Positions 51,264-64,000 of a stretch of 64,000 nucleotides of DNA are shown here, in pieces; position 1 is the stretch's first letter; each line of letters opens with the position of its first letter. Made by a program: the position numbers and the translations under genes. Below the pieces are notes generated by a model. That model made no database searches. It saw only the letters and a list, made by a program, of their open reading frames with translations, and was not told where the DNA came from. Source of the stretch: Octopus bimaculoides. Taxonomy: Eukaryota. Location: NCBI RefSeq assembly GCF_001194135.2, contig NC_069003.1:5327208-5391207 (forward strand), in the 5' to 3' direction.

Positions 51264-51785
51264 CTATATTTTTGAGGTGAGGAATTATGTACATTATTTA
51301 CAATGAATGGATAGATGTTCTCATCTTGTTTGTTGTTACTGCAACACTTCAGCTGATGTACTCTCCAGCCTTCATCAGGTGTTTTGGTGGAATTTCAAAC
51401 CCAACCCTTTATTTGACTAATGGGGTACTCTCTTCTCATTTGAAAGGTATTCTTTTTCACTGATGCTATTTTTTCTGTTGATATCATTCCCCAAGTAGGC
51501 TACGGGCATATAGTGTAGTGGATAAGAGTGCAGGCTACTAACCCTCAGATTCCGAGTTCAATCCCAGACAGGGACTCGAAAAGATAATATCAACAGAAAA
51601 ATAACATCAGCAACATACCTTAGGAATGAGAAAAGACGACCCCATAAGCCAAATAAAGGGTTGGGTTCAAAATTCCACCAGAACACCTGATGAAAGCTGG
51701 AGAGTACATCAGACGAAATGTTGTGATAATAACAAACAAAGTGAGGACACCTATCTGTCTATTGTTAATAATGTAGAGTAATTTT
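51264..51785. mobile_element. Second inverted dimer of the tRNA-headed Penelope-type element (variant subfamily; hammerheads decayed)
   Basis: Minus tail 51264-51490; plus head gggcatatagtgtagtggataagagtgcaggctactaaccctcagattccgagttcaatccc at 51504; plus tail with aacac-ctgatga(51687)...gaaa(51715)-tgtt-gtgat. Confidence 0.8.
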
Positions 51786-52053
51786 TATTTGAAAACACCA
51801 AAGTGGAGATTATTTATTATCGTTTTTATTCATTCATTTTGCCAAAAGATACAGCCACGTATTTTTGATTATCTTTTGTTGGTGTTAGCAAGGGCATCAA
51901 GCCATAGAAACCAAACCAAAAATACAAAGTGCAAGCAAGATGTGTCACTGCCACCCATCTAAGGGAGCAACAAAGCTCCCTATGTCACCCATACTAGCAT
52001 GGAAAATAAATGTCAAACAAAAAATGATTAGGATGATGGCAGGGATGACGGTG

Positions 52054-52092
<39 letters not shown>

Positions 52093-52769
52093 TTATGGCA
52101 GTTGCCCATGTAGTTTCCATCCTTCCAGTTCTACAAATTCTTCTCACAAGGTTGTGGTCAGCTTGAGATCATAGGAGACACTTGTCTGTAGTGGTGCCAC
52201 ACACACACACACACACTGCGATCAATCAAGGCACCACACAGTCTCAAAGAGAACATCTTCAAGACAAAACCAGGCCAGGCACCCATTATGACTATTTCAA
52301 CCAAAATAGTTTCTGGGGAAAATCCAGGAAGAAGAAGAAGAAGAAAAAAAAAACTTAAAACAAAAAACAAAACAAAATACATACATCAAATTTAGTAAGT
52401 GGAATGGTTTCTGTGAAGGTTCCAACAGTAATGGCCATGAGCCAATTGTGAAGAATTGGCTTCACCAATTCCTCAGCTACAGAGACTAACATCTGTTGAA
52501 TTTTAGAAAACATTTCAAGTCTTCACAGGTTTCGCTTTTTATCAATTCTACCTTCATCTCTTTAATGTCTTTATATACACACACAGCGGCAGACTGTGTG
52601 TGTACATACATGTATATATATACATGTGTGTGCACCTGTATCAGTATGTGCATATTGCATGTGTTTGTATGTATATGTGTACAAGTGTCTATTGATGTGT
52701 CTGTGCCTGCATGCATGTATGTGTGTCTGCATACACATGTATGTATATACATGTGCGTGTGCCTGTATG

Positions 52770-52826
<57 letters not shown>

Positions 52827-53254
52827 CTGTTGATATATGCATATTGCATGTGTTCTTTTATGTATATGTTTATGTCTTTATTATGTGTGTGTGTGAAACA
52901 GTGGGTACATACACATGTACATGTGTATATGTCTATGCATCTGTACGTATATCTGTGTCTGTTGATATGTGTATATTGTGTGTGTTTGTATGTAGAGGTG
53001 CATAAGTGTATTTATTTACACGTGTGTGGGTGTGCATATGACTAAGTGTGTGTGTGTGTGTGTGTGTGTGTAGAACACTGCATGAGTCAAAAGCACTGAA
53101 ATAAATTTGAATATTAAAAAAAGCTTCAGCTGCAATAATGAACTGCAAGAATGAAAACACCATTCCGCCTCTGTTTTGATGTGAAGATAAAATAGGTCTA
53201 TACACATACATACATGTATGCATATATATCCATATGCGGATACACACACATGAA

Positions 53255-53395
53255 ACTCATCATCGTCGTCGTTTAACGTCCACTTTCCATGCTGGCATGG
53301 GTTGGATGATTTGACTGAGGACTGGCAAGCCAGAAGGCTGTACCAGACTCCAGTATGATCTGGCAAGGTTTCTACAGCTGCATGCCCTTCCTAAT
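53255..53395 (-). mobile_element. Family C SINE tail with V-like domain
   Basis: tttaacgtccactttccatgctggcatgggttgga...ttctacagctgcatgcccttcc. Confidence 0.85.
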
Positions 53396-54194
53396 GTAGT
53401 TCAGTTCTGGGTCACTTCTCTTCTGAAGACATTCCAACCATAACCATCCAGCTTGTTTTTTTATTTTTTTTAAATCTTTTTTTTTTTTTCTATAATTTCA
53501 GATGTAATCTTCCTTTTATTTTTTTAGATATAGTCAACACAGAACTTCATTATACCAATCACCATCACCATCATCATCATCATCATCATCACTTTACATC
53601 CACTTTCCAAGCTGACCCAAATTTCAGAGAAGATTTGGCAGCTATTTCTTGTAGGTCAAGCAATTACCTTCAAACTTCCTTATTTGCATGTCTGCCCGTC
53701 GTGAAGTTGTTCTGTTAGAATGTTTGGTGGGTCAGCAAGACACTTGTCACTGCTCTAGGCACAATGCCAAAGAACCTTCTGGTTGGTCTATATGCATATC
53801 GTGACCAAATACTATTATTATTATTATTATTGTTATTATTATTATTGTTGTTATTGTATAAATTCCAATATGACATGCAAACTGTCCTACTTCCAGTAGA
53901 AATTGCTCATTTGTCAGTAAAGACAGTCGGTGTTGATGAAAAAATACAAACAGTAGCAAGATTTTTACTACTAAAATATTCAGTTTTAACACACGCATAC
54001 ACACGTGCGCACGCGCGCACGTGTGTGTGTGTGTGTGTGTGTACATGAGAATAAAAATAAAAGGCACCTTAAATAAATAAGGAGGCAACGGAATTAGTCG
54101 AAATGTAATTTTAGGATCATTAATTATGAATAAGTGTAAAAACTTAATTAGAGCCAGTTTATATTTGTCACTTGTAAAAACACACATACATGTA

Positions 54195-54233
<39 letters not shown>

Positions 54234-54633
54234 GTGTGTGTTTATACACACACAAAACATATACAAACATAATACATATGTACACATGAAACATATACAC
54301 ACATACAAACATATATCCACATACACATAAAATATTATATATATGTATGTATATATATCATAGAGAAGAGATACTGGAAGTGAGAATATGGTAACTGTGA
54401 ACTAGATATCATGATGTTTTAAGAAGCACTCTCTGTGATGATGACGGTCTTTTTTGGCTTATTTTGTTAGCCTGGTGTGTGTGTGTGTGTGTGTGTACAC
54501 TCACTTTGCTTGAAAACAGGTGAGAGTTGGTGACAAGAAGGGCATCTCTGGCCACAGAAAATTTGCCTCAATGAATTTCCATCTGACCCATGCAAGCATG
54601 CAAAAGTAGAAGTGAGAAACTTTGTAATCCCAT

Positions 54634-55411
54634 CAATGATTCTCACCTGGGTCCATTATGACCTTTGGGAATCCATATGACCCTGAGGGATCCATATGAG
54701 ATTTCGTTACCATAATTTATACACAAAGTAGCAAGCTGGCAGATTCTTTAGGACACCAGACGAAATGCTTAGCTGGATTTCATCTGTCCTTACCTTCTGG
54801 GGTCAAATTCCACCCAGGACAACTTTGTCTTTCGTCCTTTGGGTGAGGAATTGATAAAATAAGTACCAGTTGAGCCCTGGGTGTTAATGTAACTGACTTA
54901 ACTACTCCTGGGTATGAGTACAAAAACTGCATCCTTCTGCCAAGCCGTCCTGAGCCAGGGTGGCAGAGTTGGCTCATAGAAACCAGTATGATCTCAAGCT
55001 CAGGCTCATGGACTCTGCATCAGACCATGGATGATGGAGAGAATATGCCGAGGGTTTTGACCTGCAGTGGACAAAACATAGGCAATCCAATCCAAGTGAC
55101 AGCAGAGAAAGGCTCAACAAAATCGACCTTGACCGCCACCAACATCACCGTGCAGTCAATGCCATCGATTCTTCTGAGCAAGAACCAGTCCACAGAGTCA
55201 TCAATGCCATCACCATAATTCTTGGATGTGAGACGATGCTGACAACAATAAACAAGATATTTCAACAATTTTTGTTACACAATTCCGAATAATATTTAAT
55301 TCTAAAAATATAATAGGTTTTTTTTTAAACACTGAATGGCTATGAGGGTCCAGTTGAGTGAAACTGAATTCAAAGGGGGGTCGACAGGCGTAAAATGGTT
55401 GAGGGCCACTG
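54634..55411. mobile_element. Decayed Charlie-like hAT element (related to 8680) carrying a B SINE (54725-54915) and an RTE 3' end (about 54940-55092)
   Basis: Ends caatgattctcac / ggttgagggccactg; gaatggctatgagggtcca module; insert reads WREYAEGFDLQWT followed by atccaatccaa. Confidence 0.55.
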
Positions 55412-56172
55412 GAGGAAAGCAGTCAAGAAAAACAAGAAGAAGTAACTCTCCTGAACCAGAATGATTCTACATTATCCCAACTCTCTCTCTTTCCATTTTC
55501 TTCTTCTTCTTCTTCTTATGTCCATTGTGTTTTCCTANNNNNNNNNNNNNNNNNNNNNNNNNNNNNNNNNNNNNNNNNNNNNNNNNNNNNNNNNNNNNNN
55601 NNNNNNNNNNNNNNNNNNNNNNNNNNNNNNNNNNNNNNNNNNNNNNNNNNNNNNNNNNNNNNNNNNNNNNNNNNNNNNNNNNNNNNNNNNNNNNNNNNNN
55701 NNNNNNNNNNNNNNNNNNNNNNNNNNNNNNNNNNNNNNNNNNNNNNNNNNNNNNNNNNNNNNNNNNNNNNNNNNNNNNNNNGGTAGATGGAGAGACCGAG
55801 AAAGTCACAGGGTACACAGAGAATTCTACTAAAGTCAGGGTACTCAGACAGGCCTGCTGGCCTGTTACAGTCACGGGGTACATATAGAGGCTTGATAAAA
55901 TCACAGCATAATCTGAGGGACCTAAGATCTCTTTCCTCCTCACTAAACCCTGAACATCAACAGTATTACTTCACTTCAGTCTCAAAGGGCTTCGTGTGTG
56001 TGCGTACATGCACACACATATATCTATATGTGTGTGTGTAAATATATATGTGAGTGTATGTGTGTATATATGTTTGTTTGTAAGTAAACATGAGATCTGG
56101 GTCACTGATTGGAGACATATGGAAAGGCAGGAATGATTTCACCAATGGGGTTTCAATCGCATGCCGGGTACC

Positions 56173-56400
56173 CAATGGCATATGTATTTAAGTGACACTG
56201 AAGTCCTCAAACACAGTCAATCTGTCACAATAGAGTCCCTAGTATGCCAGCGCTGATTACAATGGAATGGTCATGTGGTCAGAATGGAAGATGATCAGAT
56301 CCTTAAGCAATTGTTGCAGTGAGTTAGTCCAGGGTAAAAAGACCAGTGTACAATACAAATTGAAATTGGGGTTTAAGGACTGCATCAAGAATACACGAGA
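56173..56400 (+). pseudogene. RTE LINE ORF fragment with stops
   Basis: SDTEVLKHSQSVTIESLVCQR*LQWNGHVVRMEDDQILKQLL...FKDCIKNT. Confidence 0.82.
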
Positions 56401-56499
56401 GAAGGTGAAAATGGAGAGGAAACCCTCATTCTAGATTGTTGATAATGGATGAAAGCAGTGCATGATGGGAAGAGGGAATTCAAACAAAATTTCGATAAA

Positions 56500-56880
56500 A
56501 TTTCAGTTTATGAGGACCCAGTTTACGAGACCCTGGGTTTACAAGTTTTATTTTTCAGCTCACTTTTGTATGGTGAGCTGAAATTTTTCAAGCACAAGAT
56601 CCAAATTTTGAACAAAATGCCAAAGTTTCTGCTACCATAACAAATGCTTCTGTGTGTTACCAAAAAATTGATAGAGAGCGAAATAAAGCTTCTTCCAAGC
56701 AAACAACTCTAGACTTGTTTTTTAGAAAGAAATCTACAAGTCTGTCTATGAGTGCTTGTGAATCAACAGTCGCATTTACATGTACGAGTGAAAGTGATTC
56801 AGAAAAGAATTATAATAATAATGTTTTTATTATAAATTATTTTGACATTCTTTTTACTTTACATAAAATATTCTTCATAT
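56500..56880 (+). mobile_element. pogo/Tigger-like internally deleted transposon
   Basis: From 56577: IFQAQDPNFEQNAKVSATITNASVCYQKIDRERNKASSKQTTLDLFFRKK, resembling the Tigger transposase C-terminus; runs into a gap. Confidence 0.75.
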
Positions 56881-57287
56881 TCTACTGTTGNNNNNNNNNN
56901 NNNNNNNNNNNNNNNNNNNNNNNNNNNNNNNNNNNNNNNNNNNNNNNNNNNNNNNNNNNNNNNNNNNNNNNNNNNNNNNNNNNNNNNNNNNNNNNNNNNN
57001 NNNNNNNNNNNNNNNNNNNNNNNNNNNNNNNNNNNNNNNNNNNNNNNNNNNNNNNNNNNNNNNNNNNNNNNNNNNNNNNNNNNNNNNNNNNNNNNNNNNN
57101 NNNNNNNNNNNNNNNNNNNNNNNNNNNNNNNNNNNNNNNNNNNNNNNNNNNNNNNNNNNNNNNNNNNNNNNNNNNNNNNNNNNNNNNNNNNNNNNNNNNN
57201 NNNNNNNNNNNNNNNNNNNNNNNNNNNNNNNNNNNNNNNNNNNNNNNNNNNNNNNNNNNNNNNNNNNNNNNNNNNNNNNNNNNNNNN

Positions 57288-57319
<32 letters not shown>

Positions 57320-58731
57320 AATATATATGTGTCAATTCAGTATAGGTATAAACCTTGTAGCTTGCTTTGTAAAGCTCGGCTACAGGTGTGTGTGTGTGTG
57401 TGTGTATGTCTGTGTGTGTGTGTTTGTATATGTGAAAGTGTGTGTGTGTGTGTGTTTGTACTTAGTGTCAAGGACAAAATGAATGCTTTATATTTCAGCA
57501 CTGGATGTTTTCAAAGACAACAAAAGCAATTACAAATGCCAACTTCTGTTGCTTGGTTGGCAAATTCTTGAAGAAACAAAAAAACCCCTGAAACTTAAAC
57601 AATGCAACAACACAACGAGAACACTAGATTATCAGTTTGTTGTTGTTGCTATTGTTGTTGTTTTCGGTAAAAGGCTTTGCTAATAATTAGTATGGGATGA
57701 GTAATTGGAGCCAAATGAATCTTACTAATTGACAAAGAATACAACATCTGTCCATCATTTAACAAGAGAAACCCTTCAAAAATGAAGGAATCCTAAAGAA
57801 TGTTCTTTTACCACCAACAGAATTTCTAAATTGGATTTTTGTTTCTTTGTATTTTTAGGGGTTTTTTTGAGTAAGTCGGAAGAGGCAGGCCAATCCATCT
57901 CATGCCAATCCCTCATGGTTTTCAAGCCCCTGTGACTCATTATCATCAACCACAGAGCATTATTGTTTCAATTTCGAAGACTCATAGGATGGGTTACTGA
58001 GCATCTATGGCGCATAAGTGACCAAAATCGTAATATTCTTCCCTGGATGGGATGCCAGTCCATCACAGAGTTACTCACTGATAGGTGAGTGGACTGGAGC
58101 AATGTGGAATGAAGTATTTTGCTCAAGAACCCAACACAACACCCAGCCCAAGAATTGAAATCACTATCTTGCAATGAAATTGGTAAGGAATAAATTATCT
58201 TCAAACAGGACACCTGGCTTTGAATGTTTGCAAAGGAAAGGAGATAAAGCACCCAAAAACCAACATAAATTTCTCCAACATTAACCCCCACAACATTAAT
58301 CCCTCCAACATCAATACATACACAAATGAATAAAGGTATTCCAAACATGACCATCCCATCTTTTTCGTATATCTAGGTACACAATAGACATTATACAGCA
58401 CATCCTTCATTTTCTAAGACAATAGGACACGATCAGAAAAAGCAATAGAGAGAGAGAGAAAGATTTGGCTGCTATTTCTAGCTGACTCAAATAATGTAGT
58501 TCATACATATATAGTTCAGCAAAGAGGTGTGCTGTATATAACAGCCAGCTATATATAATTTCTAAATATTAATACCTTTATTTAATGCTGAATATGAGAC
58601 AGTGTTTTATAGACAGACAGATGTAATAGCTGAAGGTAACAGGGAACAAGAATTGAGGATGAGAGGAAGTGGTGGTGGGGTGGATAACCCAGATTTATGA
58701 CATTTTTCTTAGTAAAGGGCTATATTTATGC

Positions 58732-58764
<33 letters not shown>

Positions 58765-59139
58765 CATCATCGCTGATATTATATCATATAAAATGAAAAG
58801 CAGATAATAATTCTAGCGTTAAATTATGGATTAATAACAGATTAATTATATCAGGATTACAGCTATGTATCGTAGTGGATTTCGTGAAATTAACTTGTCA
58901 AAAGAAAGTGGCTGTGTTTAAGATGTTGTTGTTGCTGTTGTTGTTGTTTAGCTGCAGATCTGTTGTTTAGCAGATTTGTGATCACAGACATTCCAGCTGT
59001 GGCCAGTCTCTCTTTTTGTCCAGAGAGCATATCTGTGAGACTATATTATCCATTGTCTCCTTCATGTGTACCTTTAACATAGTTTCCAGGGAGATCCAAC
59101 ATGACACAGAATGTAACAACACTAGCCCTTCTGAATTAC

Positions 59140-59285
59140 GGGTACAACAAATTTTTACCAGGTGAGTGAACTGGAACAACGTGAAATAAAGTGTCTTGCT
59201 CAGGGACACAACGCATTGCCAGGAATCGAACTCGTGACCTTACAACCGTGAGCCAAATGCCCTGACTACTAAGCCACATGCCTTC
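59140..59285 (-). mobile_element. SINE family D head
   Basis: gtgaactggaacaacgtgaaataaagtgtcttgctcagg...ggaatcgaactc. Confidence 0.82.
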
Positions 59286-59812
59286 ACTATTGTCTATAAA
59301 CACAGACAAATATACACCCACAGATGCATAGAAAGTATCTGTCGGTTACTTACTGTAGTAATCCCCCTGAATTAAAAGTGTCGTCTACGGAGGTTGTGAG
59401 GTGTAATTATAGTTCCAACATAATAACCTAAAATATCAACAGCAAGGAATGAGACTGTGTCACTGAGGTGGTGGGAGACAGAGAAGGGGGGGGGCTTTTT
59501 ATTTCTGTGTTTGGTAAACAGCTGTCAGAGAAGTGTGCGTGTGTTTATGTAGGCTTGTGTATGTATATGTGTGTGTATATGTGAGAGTGTGGAGGGGTTT
59601 CGAGAGAGAGAAAGAGACAGACAGTGAGGTTTGGAAAGTAATATAAGAACTCCCAGCATCTGCTGCCATATTTTAATACATTCTCCAGTTCTATAGTTTT
59701 GGTAAAAAAAAACAAAAATTACTGGAATTCTTTCTCAGAGAAATCGGCAGTGGTGTCATCGAGGAGAAACGGCAATCAGAAAGGAAGTGTAAAAAAGAAC
59801 AACAACGGCGGC

Positions 59813-59843
<31 letters not shown>

Positions 59844-60756
59844 GCAACAACTAAAATAGCCTGTAATTAGTTTTACAGTACTTCTTCACATGATAAGGAG
59901 TGCAAGACAGTCTGATTCCCCCCAAACCCCCACNNNNNNNNNNNNNNNNNNNNNNNNNNNNNNNNNNNNNNNNNNNNNNNNNNNNNNNNNNNNNNNNNNN
60001 NNNNNNNNNNNNNNNNNNNNNNNNNNNNNNNNNNNNNNNNNNNNNNNNNNNNNNNNNNNNNNNNNNNNNNNNNNNNNNNNNNNNNNNNNNNNNNNNNNNN
60101 NNNNNNNNNNNNNNNNNNNNNNNNNNNNNNNNNNNNNNNNNNNNNNNNNNNNNNNNNNNNNNNNNNNNNNNNNNNNNNNNNNNNNNNNNNNNNNNNNNNN
60201 NNNNNNNNNNNNNNNNNNNNNNNNNNNNNNNNNNNNNNNNNNNNNNNNNNNNNNNNNNNNNNNNNNNNNNNNNNNNNNNNNNNNNNNNNNNNNNNNNNNN
60301 NNNNNNNNNNNNNNNNNNNNNNNNNNNNNNNNNNNNNNNNNNNNNNNNNNNNNNNNNNNNNNNNNNNNNNNNNNNNNNNNNNNNNNNNNNNNNNNNNNNN
60401 NNNNNNNNNNNNNNNNNNNNNNNNNNNNNNNNNNNNNNNNNNNNNNNNNNNNNNNNNNNNNNNNNNNNNNNNNNNNNNNNNNNNNNNNNNNNNNNNNNNN
60501 NNNNNNNNNNNNNNNNNNNNNNNNNNNNNNNNNNNNNNNNNNNNNNNNNNNNNNNNNNNNNNNNNNNNNNNNNNNNNNNNNNNNNNNNNNNNNNNNNNNN
60601 NNNNNNNNNNNNNNNAGTTGCACCGCAAGACACCTTGGGCAGGTGCCCTCTACTTTAGCTTCAGGCCAACCAAACAAAGCCTTGTGGGTGCAGTTGGTAG
60701 ATGAAAACTGAAAGAAGCCTGTCGCATTTATGTATGTAGGTATGTATATATCTATC

Positions 60757-61360
60757 TATCATCATCATCATCATTTAATGTCTGTTGTCCATGCTGGTAT
60801 GGGTTGGACAGTTTAACCAGAGCTGGGAAGCTGGAGAGCTGCACCAGGTTCCAGTCTGATTTGGCTTGACTTCTACATGCCAACCACTTCATAGAGTGTG
60901 CTGGGTGCTGTTATGTGGCACTGCAAGGGTGCATGGGCACTTTTATATGGCACTGCACAGGCACTTTAACTTGGCACCACCTCTGTGAGACCCAACTTTC
61001 AAGTGTTGGGCCCCATGGAGGCAATTACTGACACCTTTGGCATTATGTTGCGCTTGAGAAGAAGACCCATCGAGTTGAGCAAAATTGCAGTCATGGCAGA
61101 TAATGATCTTGCACAAATGGCACCAATGAGTGACATGTAAAAGCACCCTGGTGTCACACAAATGGCACCTGTGCCAGTGGCACATGAAAGCACCCATTAC
61201 ACTCTTGGAGTGGCTGGCATTAGGAAGGGCATGCAGGCATAGAAAACTATGCCAAATCATACTGAAGTCTGGTGTAGTCTTCCAGCTCTCCAGCTCCGGT
61301 CAGACTGTCCAACCCATGCCAGCATGGACAATGGATATTAGATGATGATGATGATGATGA
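60757..61360. mobile_element. Inverted pair of family C SINE tails (both tails pointing outward)
   Basis: (CAT)n-ccatgctggtatgggttggacag at 60770-60810 versus ctgtccaacccatgccagcatgg-(GAT)n at 61305-61360. Confidence 0.75.
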
Positions 61361-62261
61361 TGTGTGTGTGTGTGTGTGTGTTGTCTCCCACCACTGCTTG
61401 ACAACCAGTGTTGGTGTGTTTACATCTCCATAACTTAGCGATTCGCCAAAAAAGAGACTGATAAAATGAGCATCGAGCTTGAAAAAATGAGTACTGTACT
61501 TGATTCCTTCAGCTAAAATCCTTCAAAGCAGTGCCCCAGCATGGTCGTGATCTAATGATTGAAACAAGTGTTTTTTTTTTTTCCCTGCATGTTTTGGTAT
61601 CTTTCCTGAGGAGTGTAATCAAGAAGCTCGCTTTGTAACCACAGGGATTCCGGTTCAGTCCCACTACTATTATTACAATTATTATTATTATTACTATTAT
61701 TATTACTATTATTATTATAATTATTATTATTATTATTATTATTAGGCAGTGAGCTGGCAGAATCATTACATTCTGTGTTCAAACACTACTGAGCTTAGCT
61801 TTACCTTTCATCCCTCCATGGGCCATAAAATAAGAACCAGTTGAGCACTTCCCTCAAAACTGCTGGCCTCATGCCAAAATTACAAAGAATTATTAATCTT
61901 ATCGTTATTATTATAATCATTATCATAATTATTAGTAAGGTTAATTGGAAAACAGTTTGCTTTCATGTTTTTCTATGAATTTCGCAGTCGAAAACAAGTC
62001 TGACCCCAAAAGTACATATTTAATATATTTTCGCTGTAATAGCAGTAGTAGTAGTAGTAACAGCAGCAGCAGCAGTAGTTTCTGGCACTTGTGAGGTTCA
62101 ATCAATTCAAACGATCTAATTAACCAAATTATTTATTCATGACTTCCGTAGCTGGACATCTTCCAAGCATCATCTACTGGTTCTAGAAACAGCTTCCATA
62201 GAGATGCAGGAGTGGAATAGAAATGACGACGATGACGACTACAACAACAACAACAACAACC

Positions 62262-62293
<32 letters not shown>

Positions 62294-62329
62294 ATTAACG
62301 GTGAACTGCAGAGTTATTGTTGGCAGGTG

Positions 62330-62352
62330 TTGTTGTTTGAACCACAAGTCTT

Positions 62353-62384
<32 letters not shown>

Positions 62385-62890
62385 GGTGGGTTTTTTTGGC
62401 AGTCATAGCATATCATGGACTACAGTATCCAAAGTATCATCCATTTTCCTCCTTTTTTAAAGCAGGTAGGATGCAGTTTCAGAGAAATTTAGCTGCTATT
62501 TCCAGCAGGTTGAGTAACCTCCTTAAGGCTCCATCGTTGGCTTATTCCATCTCATAGCGATGATGATGATGATAACAATTATGATGATGATGATAAAGAT
62601 ATTAATGGCACGGTGGTGGTGGTGGTTTCATTTAAACCCCAAGTCAGCCCCAGCAGAGCAGATCTCTAATCAAAGACCTTTCCAGCCATAACTGTTTTGT
62701 TGTTTTTTGGGGATTTTTTTTTTGGCAGACATAGTGTATCTTGGACAACATTATCCAAAGTGTCCTCTATTTTATTCCCTTTTTTAAAGAAAGTTAACAG
62801 AATGTGGTTCAAGAGAAACTTAGCTGCTATTTCTAGTAGTTCGTGTGACCTACTAAAGGTTCCATCATTGGCTTGTTCCAGCCACTGATG
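62330..62890 (-). mobile_element. Two tandem family F copies
   Basis: agagaaatttagctgctatttccagcagg at about 62480 and agagaaacttagctgctatttctagtag at about 62812. Confidence 0.72.
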
Positions 62891-63479
62891 ATGTCAAGAA
62901 GGAAGAGGAGCAGGGCGAGGAAGAGGAGCGGGAAGAGGAGCAGGACGAGGAGGAGGAGCGGGAAGAGGATTATCACAATTTGATGATATAATAGTGTTAC
63001 ACTGTCAACCAGAATGTCAGCGCCACCAGTTCCACAGACAGACTGTTATTGTCATCGAACTGAATTTCATGGTCACGGCTCAGTCTGCTTGGCTGTAAAC
63101 AGGTATCACATCAAGATATAGTCAGTGATGATGAGAAAGATAAAGATGATAAAGATGATGATGACGATAAAGATCACACACACCTGTACACACACAATGG
63201 GCTTCCCTACAGTTTCACTTTACCAAATTCACAGGCAAGGCACCGGTTGGCTTGCCCAGGGCTATCATAGAAGACACTTGCCGATGGTGCTGCTGCAGAG
63301 TGGGACTGAACCTGGAACCATGTGGTTGCAAAGCAAGCTTCTAAACAACACAGAAGACAAAAAGGCAAAAAGGAAAAAGAAAAAAAAAAACCCTAAAATT
63401 CTACAAAGCTGCCAATTAGCATTTCCTTTTACTCAATAAAGATGATTCATTTCCGCAGATAACAAAATATGAAATGATA

Positions 63480-63482
63480 ATA

Positions 63483-63518
<36 letters not shown>

Positions 63519-63945
63519 CCTTTCTACTATAGGCACAAGGCCTGGAATTTGGGGGAGGTAAAGTCGACCTCGGTGGATTTGGAACTCAGAACGTAGCGAC
63601 AGACAAAATACCACTAGGTATTTCGTCCAGTCTGTTAACAATTCTGCCAGTTTGCCACCTTATAATAATAATAATTATAATAATAATAACAATAATAATA
63701 ATAATCCTTTATACTATATGCACAAGGCCTGGAATATGGGGGAGGGGAACTAGCCGATTACATCAACCCCAGTGTTTCGCTGATATTTAATTTATTGACC
63801 CTGAAAGAGTGAAAGGCGAAGTCGACCCCCAGCAGAATTTGAACTCAAAAGAGAGCAACAGGAGAAATACCGCTAAGCATTTCGCCCGGCGTGCTAACGA
63901 TTCTGCCAGCTTGCCACCTTAATAATAATAATAATAATAATAATG

Positions 63946-64000
<55 letters not shown>
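63480..64000 (-). mobile_element. (AAT)n-SINE B-(AAT)n-SINE B-(AAT)n tandem
   Basis: Two B copies (about 63518-63661 and 63705-63921), each bounded by AAT runs. Confidence 0.9.

Noticed and set aside
55093-55260. Open stretch RLNKIDLDRHQHHRAVNAIDSSEQEPVHRVINAI
   Set aside because: Lies inside a decayed hAT element after an RTE tail; internally repetitive; no recognisable family
59345-59430. Minus-strand exon-like segment with aca|gtaagt donor
   Set aside because: Stops in all three frames; could be a UTR exon but nothing else supports it

Overview
Animal non-coding DNA: AT-rich, saturated with microsatellites, with about 14 N-gaps. The SINE repertoire suggests an octopus/cephalopod genome (inference). 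I could not identify an intact protein-coding gene. Nearly all ORFs in the supplied track are translations of (TA)n, (CA)n, (GA)n, (GAT)n, (AAT)n repeats, N-runs or SINEs. The window is a mosaic of several tRNA-derived SINE families (my labels A, B, C/V-type, D, F), RTE LINE fragments, Helitron and Helentron (HINE) elements, hAT, mariner/Tc1, pogo/Tigger and TTAA-flanked piggyBac-like MITEs, plus tandem arrays. The most interesting signal occurs twice (5265-5851 and 51264-51785): a tRNA-headed element whose tail carries a minimal type I hammerhead ribozyme motif of the Penelope-like-element kind, arranged as an inverted dimer at both loci. Other notable structures: two long foldback palindromes (28158-28945, 38781-39444), a Helitron with nested insertions, a possible recursive splice site (43206), and low-confidence candidate micro-exons on both strands. 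Coordinates were counted by hand and repeat edges are approximate; family assignments rest on recalled motifs, not database searches.
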